Assembly: GCF_009914755.1 (NCBI RefSeq)
Contig: NC_060931.1
DNA length: 64,000 nt
Direction: 5' to 3' (one strand)
From: the human T2T-CHM13v2.0 reference genome, Homo sapiens
In this document: positions 53,480 through 64,000 of the stretch, piece after piece
Position numbering within the stretch: position 1 is the stretch's first letter
Layout of the letters: the number at the start of each line of letters is the position of its first letter
Translations under genes and position numbers: made by a program
Notes under the pieces: generated by a model
Told to the model about the DNA's origin: nothing
The model's input: only the letters and a program-made list of their open reading frames with translations
Databases searched by the model: none

Positions 53480-54370
53480 TCAGGCTGTTTTTCTAATATA
53501 TTTCTAACTCATCTATGTTTTTCCATTTTCTTCTCTCTCAATCTTCCCTTTCCACCCTATATGCCGATATCAGATAGACTAGCTTTCCTAAACTCATTTT
53601 AACAATTCTCTGCTTAAGAATCAAAGATGGCTCTTTTTTTGTCTATCAAAGCAAGTCCAGTTCCTCAGCTTGGCACTTTATCCCTATCCACAAACACCCT
53701 CCTTCACTCTCATATCTTCACTTTATTCCTTACATCTCAAGGTTTCTCTCACTTTCTCCCCAAACTGCCTCATCTCCCATCTAGAGTGTGTTCACATTAC
53801 CTTGGCTCCGTCCTCCAGTGTTTCTCAACTGTAGGAAACCATTATTTCTGCTGCCCCCAGGGATTCTGATATGTTCCTCATTCCTTTACTCCATTAAAGA
53901 ATCATAGCTTTTTGCTTATCCTAGCAGACGGGGGTTTGTAAAGCTTTGCTTCTCTTGATTTGTATTATAAAAGCAGAAGTTATTGGTTTGTTTTTAAATA
54001 TATATATAAAATTGTTGTAATATTGAATATGCATTTCTTTTCAAGTAACACCCTTTCTTTCCACTTAGTGGATATTCTTCCTCCCTTGAAAATGACGGAC
54101 ATAGTTAATTCATGCATTTCTCTGCAGTCAGCATAATCTTAGCCTTCCCTGATGTCATCTTTATTCTCTCTTCTTTGAACTCCTATGATGCTTGTATATG
54201 ACACGTACCCATTTATTACTTAGTTCTCGTGTGTTGTTTTTTTTTCTTCAGTGAAATGGGTAAAGTTCTTGAGAACAGTAGTCATGTCATATTTCTCAAT
54301 ATTTCCATCTAGTCTAATATCAGGCATGTGATACATCCTTAAGTTCCTGTTATCAATTCGTTTTGCTGAA
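53480..54370 (+). mobile_element. Fragmented L2 3' region
   Basis: agctttcctaaactcatttt..ctctgcttaagaatc..aagtccagttcctcagcttggcac; 3' end gtaaagttcttgagaacag..caggcatgtgatacatcctt. Confidence 0.55.
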
Positions 54371-56573
54371 CAATTGGAATTTTCTGCCATTTTAAACATG
54401 TGTCTGTCTGAATCATGGATGCTAACCATGTTTGTAAAAGCCAAACATACTGATAATCCATGTATTTTATGGAGAAAAATTACAGTCTCCAGGCTCTGGG
54501 CAAATTTTGTGCACATGTAAAAATACTCAGAAAAATAACAGGAATAATTAAATACATGTTTCTGAGTTGAATGAGGTTTTAAAGGTAATCACTACCATAT
54601 ATTTAGTGACAATTCTTCTCAGTGCCTAATAGTTTCTGGGAATTTGTGGATGGTTTACTCATTAAACTGTTGCTTACAATCTATCCCAACTTGTTTTGCC
54701 TACTCTAGTTTCTCTCTTCACAAACTATCCCTTGTTCAGGCGGAAAAAAAAATGTGCATGAGGAATACTTTCCACGCATCTTGCCAACCCTGTTAAGAAA
54801 CATTTCATTTGTTCTTCCAAAGCTAATGTTTACCTTTCCGCATAGATAGGACTTTCATCTGAAATCTGATATTTTAGAAGTTTTCATTTACCACTTTAGA
54901 AGCAATATTTTGTCCATGTTACATAGGTATTCACCACCATTACTTTCACTGAATTCTGTATCAAATGTGATTATGAAACAAATCACTGTAATATACTGAT
55001 AAGAAATAAATTAGCATACACCTATAGTACGCTGCATTTGATTTGTGTAGCTATGTGGATAATTCTACACTGTTGGGGGAATGCTACCATAATTTAAATA
55101 GAAAACGAGTTTTGTTTTCTAAATAAAGTTTAATGGTGTATCCAGAAATAATATTCTCCTATCCTTGGTTTTAAAGTGCTCAAGGAAGCACAAAAGCTTT
55201 CTGGGATTTCATGTATTCAAATGGGGTTTTAAACATGTTATTTCATTTCTTAACAATTCAAGTACACTTATTACGCATTTGCTTGTGCTTCCATAGATCG
55301 CCAAGCTGACCTTGTACATATATAATAAATGATCTTCAAAGACAATTTATGTTTTAAAGTATTTTCTTGATTTATGTTATTGGCTCGCTGACTATTCCGA
55401 GGGAAAATGAGGTGGAATACTTCTAAATATGTCCTTCTCACCTTCCTTCTTACACCTCCCTTTCCTGCCAAAATCTTGTTTTTACAGTTTTATTTTGTTA
55501 CTGATGCTCACTCTGTGTGGTCCTTTTCTAATAAGAAAATAGAAATAGAAAAACACACCCATTTATTTTCCCCTTTACTGTAATCCTGGCCTCTTGGGAA
55601 TTTGGAGGTCAGTGATTTGCTCTGTCTCCCGCTCCTTCCGTTCTTCCCAGATAGGAGCTTATTGGATGAAGAGAGAACAGTGGTGCTTTGTGACTGGGGG
55701 ACTGGGCAGTGCTTGACCTAGCACTTTTCTCCAGGTGCATACACCTGCAGTTCACTGTGGCTGGACTGTTGGATCAGCCAGTCAAACAATTTATTCTTTG
55801 TAATGAATTAATTGGGCATTTAACTGAAATGGCAAATCACAGTCCTGAATTAAAAGGGTAAAATGGTGATTTGTATAAGGATAACCTAAATTATTTGAAG
55901 AAAAATGCAGAGCAGTGTCATGCTCAGTATACATCCTGGAAAATATAAAAACCTAATGTCATCTGACTCTGCTATTTCAGAGATAAAGTGTTAAATAATG
56001 ACATTCCTGTATTTATTTTATTACCCAGATATAATGTATGAGTGAAAGTTTAAATGGAATACTTCCAAAATATTAGTGCTGAACTGGATTCAAATTTTGG
56101 GGGAAAAAAACAATTCTTTTAAAAGGGCAGATACACTGGAGATTGAACACAATAAAACCCTAGAAATTATAAGTTTAGCTTAAAACTCCATCATTAATAC
56201 ATCCCTTTAGAATATAACAGAGAACAACACATTCTCACATTGCCACAGTGCCCTTTGTTCTGCAATCCTAGAGAACTTAACGGCAAATACAGTTAAAATT
56301 AACAACAGAGCAACAGATTTCCTAAAGGAATTATTATAGACAGATGGAAATGAAACAAATCGGCTTAAAGTTTAGATCGAAGAAATCAACCATGGGGGCT
56401 TTCTTTATTTCATTTCACAATGCATTCAAAGTCAGAGGACTCCCGATATATAACTGAGTTACAATTTGGCTGGTAACTAAAAACAATTGATGTTCATTTA
56501 ATGTGTTATTTACAGGCACTAAGCCCTCATCACACATTAACTTCTTCAATCTCTCAAGGATTCTATGAGATAG

Positions 56574-57018
56574 TGTATTAGTTTCCTAGGCACGCCGTAA
56601 TAACCGCCACACATTCGGAGGCTTAAAACAACAGAAATGTATTCCCCCCCAGTTCTAGAGACTAGAACTCCAAAATCTAGCAAAGATGCACTACCCCTGG
56701 GGTCTCTTGGGGAAAATCCATTCCCACTTCTGGTGACTGTTACATTCCTTGATTTGTGGCTGCATCATTCTAATCTCTGTCTGCATGGTCACATTGCCAC
56801 CTCCCCTCTTGTCTTTGTCTCCTCTGTGTATCTTTTATAAGGACACTTGTCATTGAATTTGGGGCCCACACACATATTTGAGGATGATCTTTTCATCTCA
56901 AGACCTGTAGCTTAATTACATCTGCAAAGACCCTGTTCTCAATTAAGGTAACATTCACAGGTTCCCAGGATTAGGATGTAGACAGATCTTTTAGGGGTCA
57001 TTCATTCAACCCACTGCA
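56574..57018 (-). mobile_element. MaLR solo LTR (MLT1B/C-like) inserted into a MIR (56490-56573 and 57019-57060)
   Basis: tgtattagtttcctagg..ggcttaaaacaacagaaatgtatt..ttaattacatctgcaaagaccc..attcaacccactgca; MIR resumes cattttacagattaagaaa. Confidence 0.88.
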
Positions 57019-57339
57019 GCACTGTCTTCATTTTACAGATTAAGAAAATAAAGAGAATTATCTAACTTGTATTGGACTACATGTAATGTATGAACATTGT
57101 ATGAAGTGGTTTACATACACTGTACTACCTATCTAATGTTCATAACATCCTATGACATAGGTATAATTATTATTATTGGCATTTTACAGATAAGGAATCT
57201 GGGCTTCTTGAATTTAATTTACTTAATATCACCCAGACAAAAAATTTACTTCCTTTCTGAAGGCAGATTGCTAGACAAAAATAAATAATAATAATTTATT
57301 TATACAATTATATATTTATTACATAAATACCTGAAATAT

Positions 57340-57560
57340 ATAGTATATCAGATAGTTTTAAGGGTTATCAAAAAACAAAAGAAAAAGGGAGGATAGAGAA
57401 TACTGTGAACAAATTGCATTTTTAAATAGGCGGTCAGGGAAGGTTTCACTTAGAAGAGATCATAGATGGAAGGAGAGGAGAGAGTGGGCTATGTAGAAAT
57501 CTGGGAGAAGGGCATTCCAGGCAGAAAGAACAGCAGGTGTAAACCCCTTGAGGCATGTTC
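57340..57560 (-). mobile_element. L2 fragment
   Basis: ttttaaataggcggtcagggaaggtttcact..ctgggagaagggcattccaggcagaaagaacagcaggtgtaaa. Confidence 0.75.
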
Positions 57561-59059
57561 AGTAACTACAATAATGAAAAGTAGCATATGTCTGTGTGAC
57601 TATGTGTGTGTGTGAACAGTAGTGAGAACTACTGGCTTCTCTTTTAGACAGGTGAGGTATGAAGTACCTAAAGGAATACTCGGATGTGAGTAGAGTAACA
57701 TATATGCCTCAAGATCAGTAGCAAGATCTATGCAGGAGAAAAAAACTTGGAAGTCATTATCAAATACAGTGCTCCAAATCCAGTGCTCATTGCCCCATAC
57801 CAGGAGGAAGCAATTTAAATAAACAGCACTTTTGTGCAGGAAGTGCCAAATTGTGCCATGTTGACAATTGCATTTTTTTAAAAAATGACTTTTAGAGTTA
57901 GTCCTCCTATTGGCACACTCAATAAACTTCAAAAAATGAAAATACATGCTCACAAATATGAAATAAATTTACATAGGTCTAACCCTTAACATGCTAAAAT
58001 CATGGACTCAAGTTGGTTATTCTCATTACCAAAATATCATTTATCTTTTGTCTTTACAATGCAGTTGATGTGAGCATGGCACTTTAACGTCAAGTGTGGT
58101 TGAATAAGCATGCCTAATGCTGGACATCTGGTTAAGCAGTTCAGTGGAACTCCAGAAGGCGGACAATTGGATCTACGCAGCCTAATATCCTCTCTGTAAC
58201 TGGAAGTGAAAGAAATTTTTTCCCTACAATTTTGACTTCTAATAAAATCAAAACTTCTGAAGTGCAGAAACAAGAAAAGCCTTCTCAATTTACTAAGCTC
58301 ATTCTTGATAGTTAATAATTATCAGACTCTACCTAACAAACCAAGTGACTCATAACAGATCGTGGTGTTTATGTAGTCTTACTCTTCTTTTCTGCCATTC
58401 ATTAAATGGAACCATTGCTACAAAGAAATTCTTGCTGGGTTCTGTACATGTGCATGTTTCAAGAAGAATTGTGTTTATAGCAGTCCAGTCATGATTACAG
58501 AATTTCCTTACATTTTAATATATAATTTGCCTCTCTTTGCTGCAGGTGGAACACAGGAATGGGGTGGAGGAGGGGGTAGACTGCTTTGGAATGTCAGTCA
58601 AAAGGGTGGGAAAATATAATCGGGGCTGGGGCTAATGCAAAGCACTTGGTGAACCTGCCTTGGTTAATGGACAAAGCCAAAATTTAAGCAGGGAAATTGA
58701 GACTGGAGCTGCCTAGAGGGAAAGCAAAAAGCCTAGTGGTGGGACAAGGAGAGTGCAAAACTGAGGCACGGAGCCAAGAATGTGGATACTAGGAGGGGAG
58801 TCTGAACATCAGCAGATTAGGACCAATGAAGAGTTGTAGGAATTGAACCCCAACAATGATGTAGATGTCAGCTGTCACTTGTGATTTCTTACTAGGGAGT
58901 GTAATGCTTATACTAGCCATGAAGGATTTGTTAGGAAATGTGACCTATTAATTTCTAAGAGACATTGAGATAATTATGATCTTTTGTATAGACTATGTAC
59001 TAGTTCTTCTTTCAGGTTTTATTTTTTTTTTGTTAGTATGTTTTCATCTTAGAATTTTC

Positions 59060-59430
59060 TTTGCTGTAACTCTTTTCTTATCCAGAAATGTTCTTAGTCT
59101 CTGATTATCCCATGAACGACTGGTGTTCTTTCCTGCCATTCAGATCTTACCTTAAATTGTCACTTCTACCAAGAAGCTTTCCTGACAACACAATCTAAAG
59201 AATCTGTTTCGGACTTCCTCCATAACATCTCTAATTTTCAGCATGGGATCCATCTGACATTTCTTCCCTCTTTCCATTCTTTCTTCACTTCCTCCTTTCT
59301 GCCCACCTTTCCTGATAGATTTCAAGTTCCATGAGAGTTAGAACCTTGACTGTCTGATGTCCTATGGTAGCTTCAGCACAGAGGAGAGTAAGTGATTCTT
59401 AATATTCCTCAGTAAATATTTTAATTAAAT
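59060..59430 (+). mobile_element. L2 3' end
   Basis: cattcagatcttaccttaaattgtcacttctaccaagaagctttcctgac..aagttccatgagag..ctcagtaaatatt. Confidence 0.7.
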
Positions 59431-59740
59431 TATAAATAGATGGATATTTGCTGCATTAACAATTACTTCTTAAATGTGCTTGTTTTGTTGCCGAGCTTTT
59501 AACTTTTTTTTTGTTTGTTTGTTTTTTGCACTGTATCAAAGAGGAGCCATTGAAGAATACTGTTGTCCTATCCCAGAAGGAGCAAGCGGACAACACTGAT
59601 ATCCTGACCACTAACCATCCAGCACCACTTAAAGGTATCTATATTTTATGGCACAGGAAATAAGATGTATTAGTCATTCATTTCTTAATAGTAGTAGACT
59701 GCATAAAAACCACTTGTAATTCTTCCTGTTTATTCGAAAC

Positions 59741-60072
59741 CAGAGGTCCCAAAACCCCCGGCTGTCTACCAATACCCATCTGTGACCTCTTAGGAACCGA
59801 GCTTCACAGCAGGAGGTGAATGGTGGACAAGCGAGCATTATCGCCTCAGCTCCACCTCCTGTCAGGTCAGCGGCAACATTAAATTTTTATAGGAATGTGA
59901 ACCCTATTGTGAACTGTGCATGTGAGAAAACTAGGTTGCATGCTCTTTATGATAATCTAATGCCTGATGATCTGAGGTGGAACATCCCAAAACCATTGCC
60001 CCTACCCACCCCGGCTATGGAAAAATTGTCTTCCACAGAACTAGTCCCTGGTGCCAAAAAGGTTGAGGACTC
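59741..60072 (+). mobile_element. MER1B hAT-Charlie MITE
   Basis: cagaggtcccaaaacccc..cacagcaggaggtga..atggaaaaattgtcttccacagaactagtccctggtgccaaaaaggttgaggac; 8-bp TSD ttcgaaac/ttctaaac. Confidence 0.92.
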
Positions 60073-60369
60073 TTCTAAACCACTAGCATTACATGCTTCT
60101 AAGATATTTCCCAGGAAAGGGAAAGTGGGCAACAAATAGTATTATGAAAGCACCTCCATCATCAGGATCTTATATTTAAGTGGTTGATAGGAGGATTGCT
60201 GAAGAAAGAAAGGTTAGTTAGGATTCTCATCCACAAAATATTAATTTTGTTTCTAAGTAAAAATAATAAAAATCCTAAGTAGAAGTATTATGTGTCCCTG
60301 ACCATTTCAAGAGTCAAAACCTAAGGTCAAAAATTATTAACGTCTTTCACAGCCTTTGCTTTACCTATT

Positions 60370-60490
60370 TTTCATTAGAATCACCTGGGGACACTTTTAA
60401 ATAATACAGGTACTAGGTTCCATACTCAAAGATTGTGATTCCACTAGTCTGTGTGGGACCAGGGCATTTATAGATAGCCATAAGTTCCTA
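60370..60490. mobile_element. MER5A fragment
   Basis: cattagaatcacctgggg..gattgtgattccactagtctgtgtgggaccagggcatt. Confidence 0.7.
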
Positions 60491-60784
60491 ACACAGATAC
60501 ATTTTAGGAATGGTAATTAGAGTATTGTTTATAATGGAGAAAGATTGAAAATGATTTAAATATCCTTAAAGTGTTGTTGTCACAGCAGATTTAATAAGAT
60601 GGGAAAATATTGACAACATATTATAGCATGAAAAGCTTAGGTTTACATCAAAGAAGAGAAAGCAAATGGTCCTGCTTAAAATAGATGTTATTTTTAAAGT
60701 TTCAATGATACGTTCTTTCTTTTTCACTGAAAAATAAAGTTAGTTAAATTAGGCTTTTCTGTGTCTCCTAATTGGTGTTCCTTT

Positions 60785-60934
60785 TTAAAAGTTTTAAAAT
60801 GTCTTTATTGACATAATAATTGTACATATGGAGTACACAGTGATGTGATACAGATAAGTATAGTGATCAGATCAGAGTAATTCGTGTATCCATCATCTCA
60901 AACATTTATCTTTCTTTGTGTTGGGAACATTCAA
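60785..60934 (-). mobile_element. Short L1MA (MA4-6-like) 3' end
   Basis: tttattgacataataattgtacatat..gtgatcagatcagagtaatt..tttgtgttgggaacattcaa; TSD taattggtgttccttt / taattggttttacttt. Confidence 0.8.
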
Positions 60935-61000
60935 TAATTGGTTTTACTTTGTGGAGTGTGAGCCATACTATTAAAAACAAAAAAAAAAAAAAGAAGAAGA

Positions 61001-61174
61001 AGCCAGGTGCAGTGGCACACACCTGTAGCCCCAGTTACTCAGGATGTTAAGGCAGGAGGGTCGTTGAACCCAGGAGTTCAGGGCCATAGTATGTAATGAT
61101 CTTGCCTGTGACTTGCCACTGCACTCCAGCCTGGGTGGCAGAAGGAGACCTTGTCTGAAGAAAAAAAAAAAAAA
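61001..61174 (+). mobile_element. FAM (fossil Alu monomer)
   Basis: Single Alu monomer carrying the extra gcctgtgacttgccactgc segment (FAM GCCTGTGAATAGCCACTGC); A tail followed by (GA)n. Confidence 0.8.
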
Positions 61175-61964
61175 GAGAGAGAGAGAGAGAAGTGTTCAGC
61201 ACCATGCTGCTTCCTCTGATTCCTACGGGGAGATGCTGAATTTGACCTTGCCCCACCTCCTTGAGGCACAGAATCCTCAGACCCGCTGAGTGGAGGTGGA
61301 CAAACAGATCTTTGTCACCATTATCTTAGACTTTGGGACACAAAAATCTTTCAGTTCCAGAGCCTAAAATGCTACTAAAAATGGAACAAATGATAACCTA
61401 GACTGTGGGCACCTCAGAAAAAGAACAAGACTTAGTTAAATTTCTCAAAAACAAAAAAAAAAACCCAATAGTATCCTTTTTTCCTTATTTAAAAAGGTTG
61501 AGGGAGACAATAACTTTCTTTATCCCTTCCTAGGCCTGGGTCTGTCTCTGCAGGACAGGAAGAATCTTCATATTACTTGTTAAGCCCTGTTGTCACTGTG
61601 CTTTTAGAGAAAAACAAAACATTACACCTGGAAGTTTAGTGATTATCTGCTCTGGCTGGCCATGCTTTAAAGGTGAAGCAGTTTAGGCCCAGGGGTCCTG
61701 CAGCCAGCCATAGACCAAGGCAGTTTCTGCTCGGTCCACCTGCAGCCTTGTCCTGCCTGCCTGACAAGGCTCAGAGTGATTGTCTCCCAAACAAGTCCAG
61801 GGAGGTAAAGTCAGAACGCTGAGAAGGAAAAGAACCTGTAAAACACAGGACAAACACTTAAGTTATCTGAGCTGAAGAGACCTATAGTCAGAAGACCCTG
61901 CATGCCAGGTTTTGTGTTCTCAAGGATCAGCAAAACATAGATGCTATGGCCTGGCTAGTCCTAC

Positions 61965-62434
61965 TGGCGTAGGAGGCAGGACTCAACTCTAGAGGTGGGG
62001 CCAGACACTAGATCAGATTGAGGACTAGCTAAAACAGGGACAAGGTGGAAACAGCTTTCCTTAAGACATGCCCACCAATGTGCCATGTCAGCTTACCATT
62101 GTCATGGCAACACTCAGAAGTTACCATCCCTTTCCATGGCAGTAACTTGATGACCTAGAAGTTATTACTCTTTTTCTAGAAATTTCTGCATAATCCCCCT
62201 TAATTTACATGTAATTTAAAGTGGTTATAAGTATGACTGCAGAACTGCCTCTAAGCTGCTACTCTCAGCACACTATGGAGCCCTGCTCTGTAGGAGCAGT
62301 CATGGAGCTGTAACACTGCTGCCTCAATAAAGCTGTTTTCTTCTACCACCAGCTCAGTGTTAAATTCTTTCTTGAGCAAAGTCAAGAACCCTCCCAGGCT
62401 AAGCCCCAATTTGATACTTACCTGTCCTGCATCA
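61965..62434 (+). mobile_element. ERV1 solo LTR (MER66-like)
   Basis: TG...CA ends; 4-bp TSD ctac/ctaa; TATA-like 62226-62230; AATAAA 62326-62331; ends aagaaccctcccaggctaagccccaattt..cctgtcctgcatca. Confidence 0.75.
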
Positions 62435-64000
62435 CTAACTTACTAATGTACTAAGATTTTTAGGAATCCAGAAAAAAAATTAACTAATCTAAAATATACA
62501 GGTTGGATAAAGTTGAAGTTGAACTTTTATTCTCTCAGTTAGCATGCAGTGAGGACTCAAGATTTTATTGTCATGGTCCTATAAAATTTGATGGAAAGAA
62601 AATGTATGCAAAGGATGAATCAAGAGGGCAAAAATGTTTAAGTCTTTCATTAAAGAAAAGACACTCAACGCAGTGCAAGGCTTCAATACTGTGCAGTGGG
62701 GTGGTGTGTGTTAGGAGAGTTTAGACCTTAGAAGGAATAGGAATACATATGAAATAATCAACATGAGTCTTCCACATCTGCATTTACCATGGAGCACTTC
62801 TATTCAGTAATAAGGCAGGTATTTTATTTTACTTTATTTTATTTATTCCAACTTGTCAAAATTAACAAAGGCCAAAGCTATGGTTGCAAATGTATTTTCC
62901 CAACAAGTAATATCATTCATAATACCACTGTCCTATAAGGAAAGGAACAAGGAAGTGACATGTTCACTTTAACCTTTTAAATTATAGTTTTAAAAAGAAT
63001 AACAGAAAGAAAGAAGTGGCTGAAACCTAAATGCCATATGGAGAAGACAGCTAATTGGTAAGAAAATAATTTTTATTTCCAGTTTTGAATGGGTAATAAA
63101 AACAACTGAGAGGAAGGAAAAATAACATTATACAGTAGGTGGTGGCAGTTTCCTCTGAAGTAATCATGCATTAAAGTATAAAGTTGTACATAGCTTGGAG
63201 AAGTGTGCTGCTTCTCAGATACTCAATTGGTTAAAGGCAAACAAGCTAGTATAAAGTGGTTGAGTACAAAGATGTCATTTCCTCCTCCCATCAAATTAAA
63301 GAGGGTTGTAAAGTTTTTCTGTGTGTGACACAAACAGTGGTGTGCTTTACCTACTGCCAGCTTGGATCACTGTGATAGGACTTGCTGGTAAACATCACTG
63401 CATCATGGATTTAAAGAGGTGTCACCTCTTTTTCATTTGGCTGGAAGATGATAATTAGCAGACAAGTGTCTCCTGATACTCATAGGAGGGAGCAAAACAG
63501 GAAATCAAAGGCTTCCTACTCTGCAAATAATTGTTTGCAAATGCCTGGGTCTGTCAGGATTCCAGAAGATAGTGAACATTTCTCAGCTGGCGAAGCACTG
63601 CCTTTTTGACTCTGATGTCTGCATCTTATCATAGTGTGCAAATTATTTAGCAACTGCCACATTATTTATAGGTATGAATTGAACAAATTAATCTCATAAA
63701 TAATTCATTTGGGGGGCTGTGAATTAGCAGGGCACCACAGTAAAATAAAAATCTACTTTTACAAAGCTGATATCAATTGTCATTGTGAGTTAGATTCAAT
63801 CTTTTTTCAAACAACATTTTAGCATACTGCATGTGGCCTTTTTAAGGTTTAGAACCAAGACTGTGCAGATGAGGTGAATACAAGTATCTAGACAATCTGT
63901 TGGAGTGCTCTAAAAATAATAAAAGGAATATAAGTGCGGAATTCTGGTGTGAATTATCCAGATAATTGCTGCACTTTTTCAATTCACCTTGGGTGCATAG

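Noticed and set aside
58525-58580. Acceptor-like ctctctttgctgcag followed by a G-rich segment
   Set aside because: Short tract, no convincing donor, no coding signal
59816-60139. 107-aa ORF
   Set aside because: Lies almost entirely within the MER1B MITE

Overview
This is AT-rich, CpG-poor primate genomic DNA. AluY- and L1PA4-type inserts point to human or another ape; I cannot name the locus from sequence alone. I find no supportable protein-coding gene, RNA gene, CpG island or CRISPR array, so it reads as intergenic or deep intronic. Roughly half is decayed transposable elements: 7 dimeric Alus plus a FAM monomer; L1PA, L1MA, L1MB, L1M and HAL1-like fragments; a long fragmented L2; MIRs; MaLR, ERVL and ERV1 LTRs; an ERVL integrase/dUTPase relic; and Tigger2b, Tigger3b, MER1B, MER5 and MER94-like DNA transposons. 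All ORFs in the track are TE debris, microsatellite translations or chance ORFs. I did not find a new biological system. The oddities most worth checking are (i) a ~520 bp unrecognised insert with a 6-bp direct repeat splitting an LTR16C, (ii) a 19-nt Alu snippet in the loop of a TA/CA-microsatellite palindrome, (iii) a TIR-less Tigger2b internal fragment, (iv) a candidate 37-nt micro-exon, and (v) several multi-layer TE nests. Subfamily names come from remembered consensus sequences and need RepeatMasker/Dfam confirmation; boundaries of old elements are approximate.
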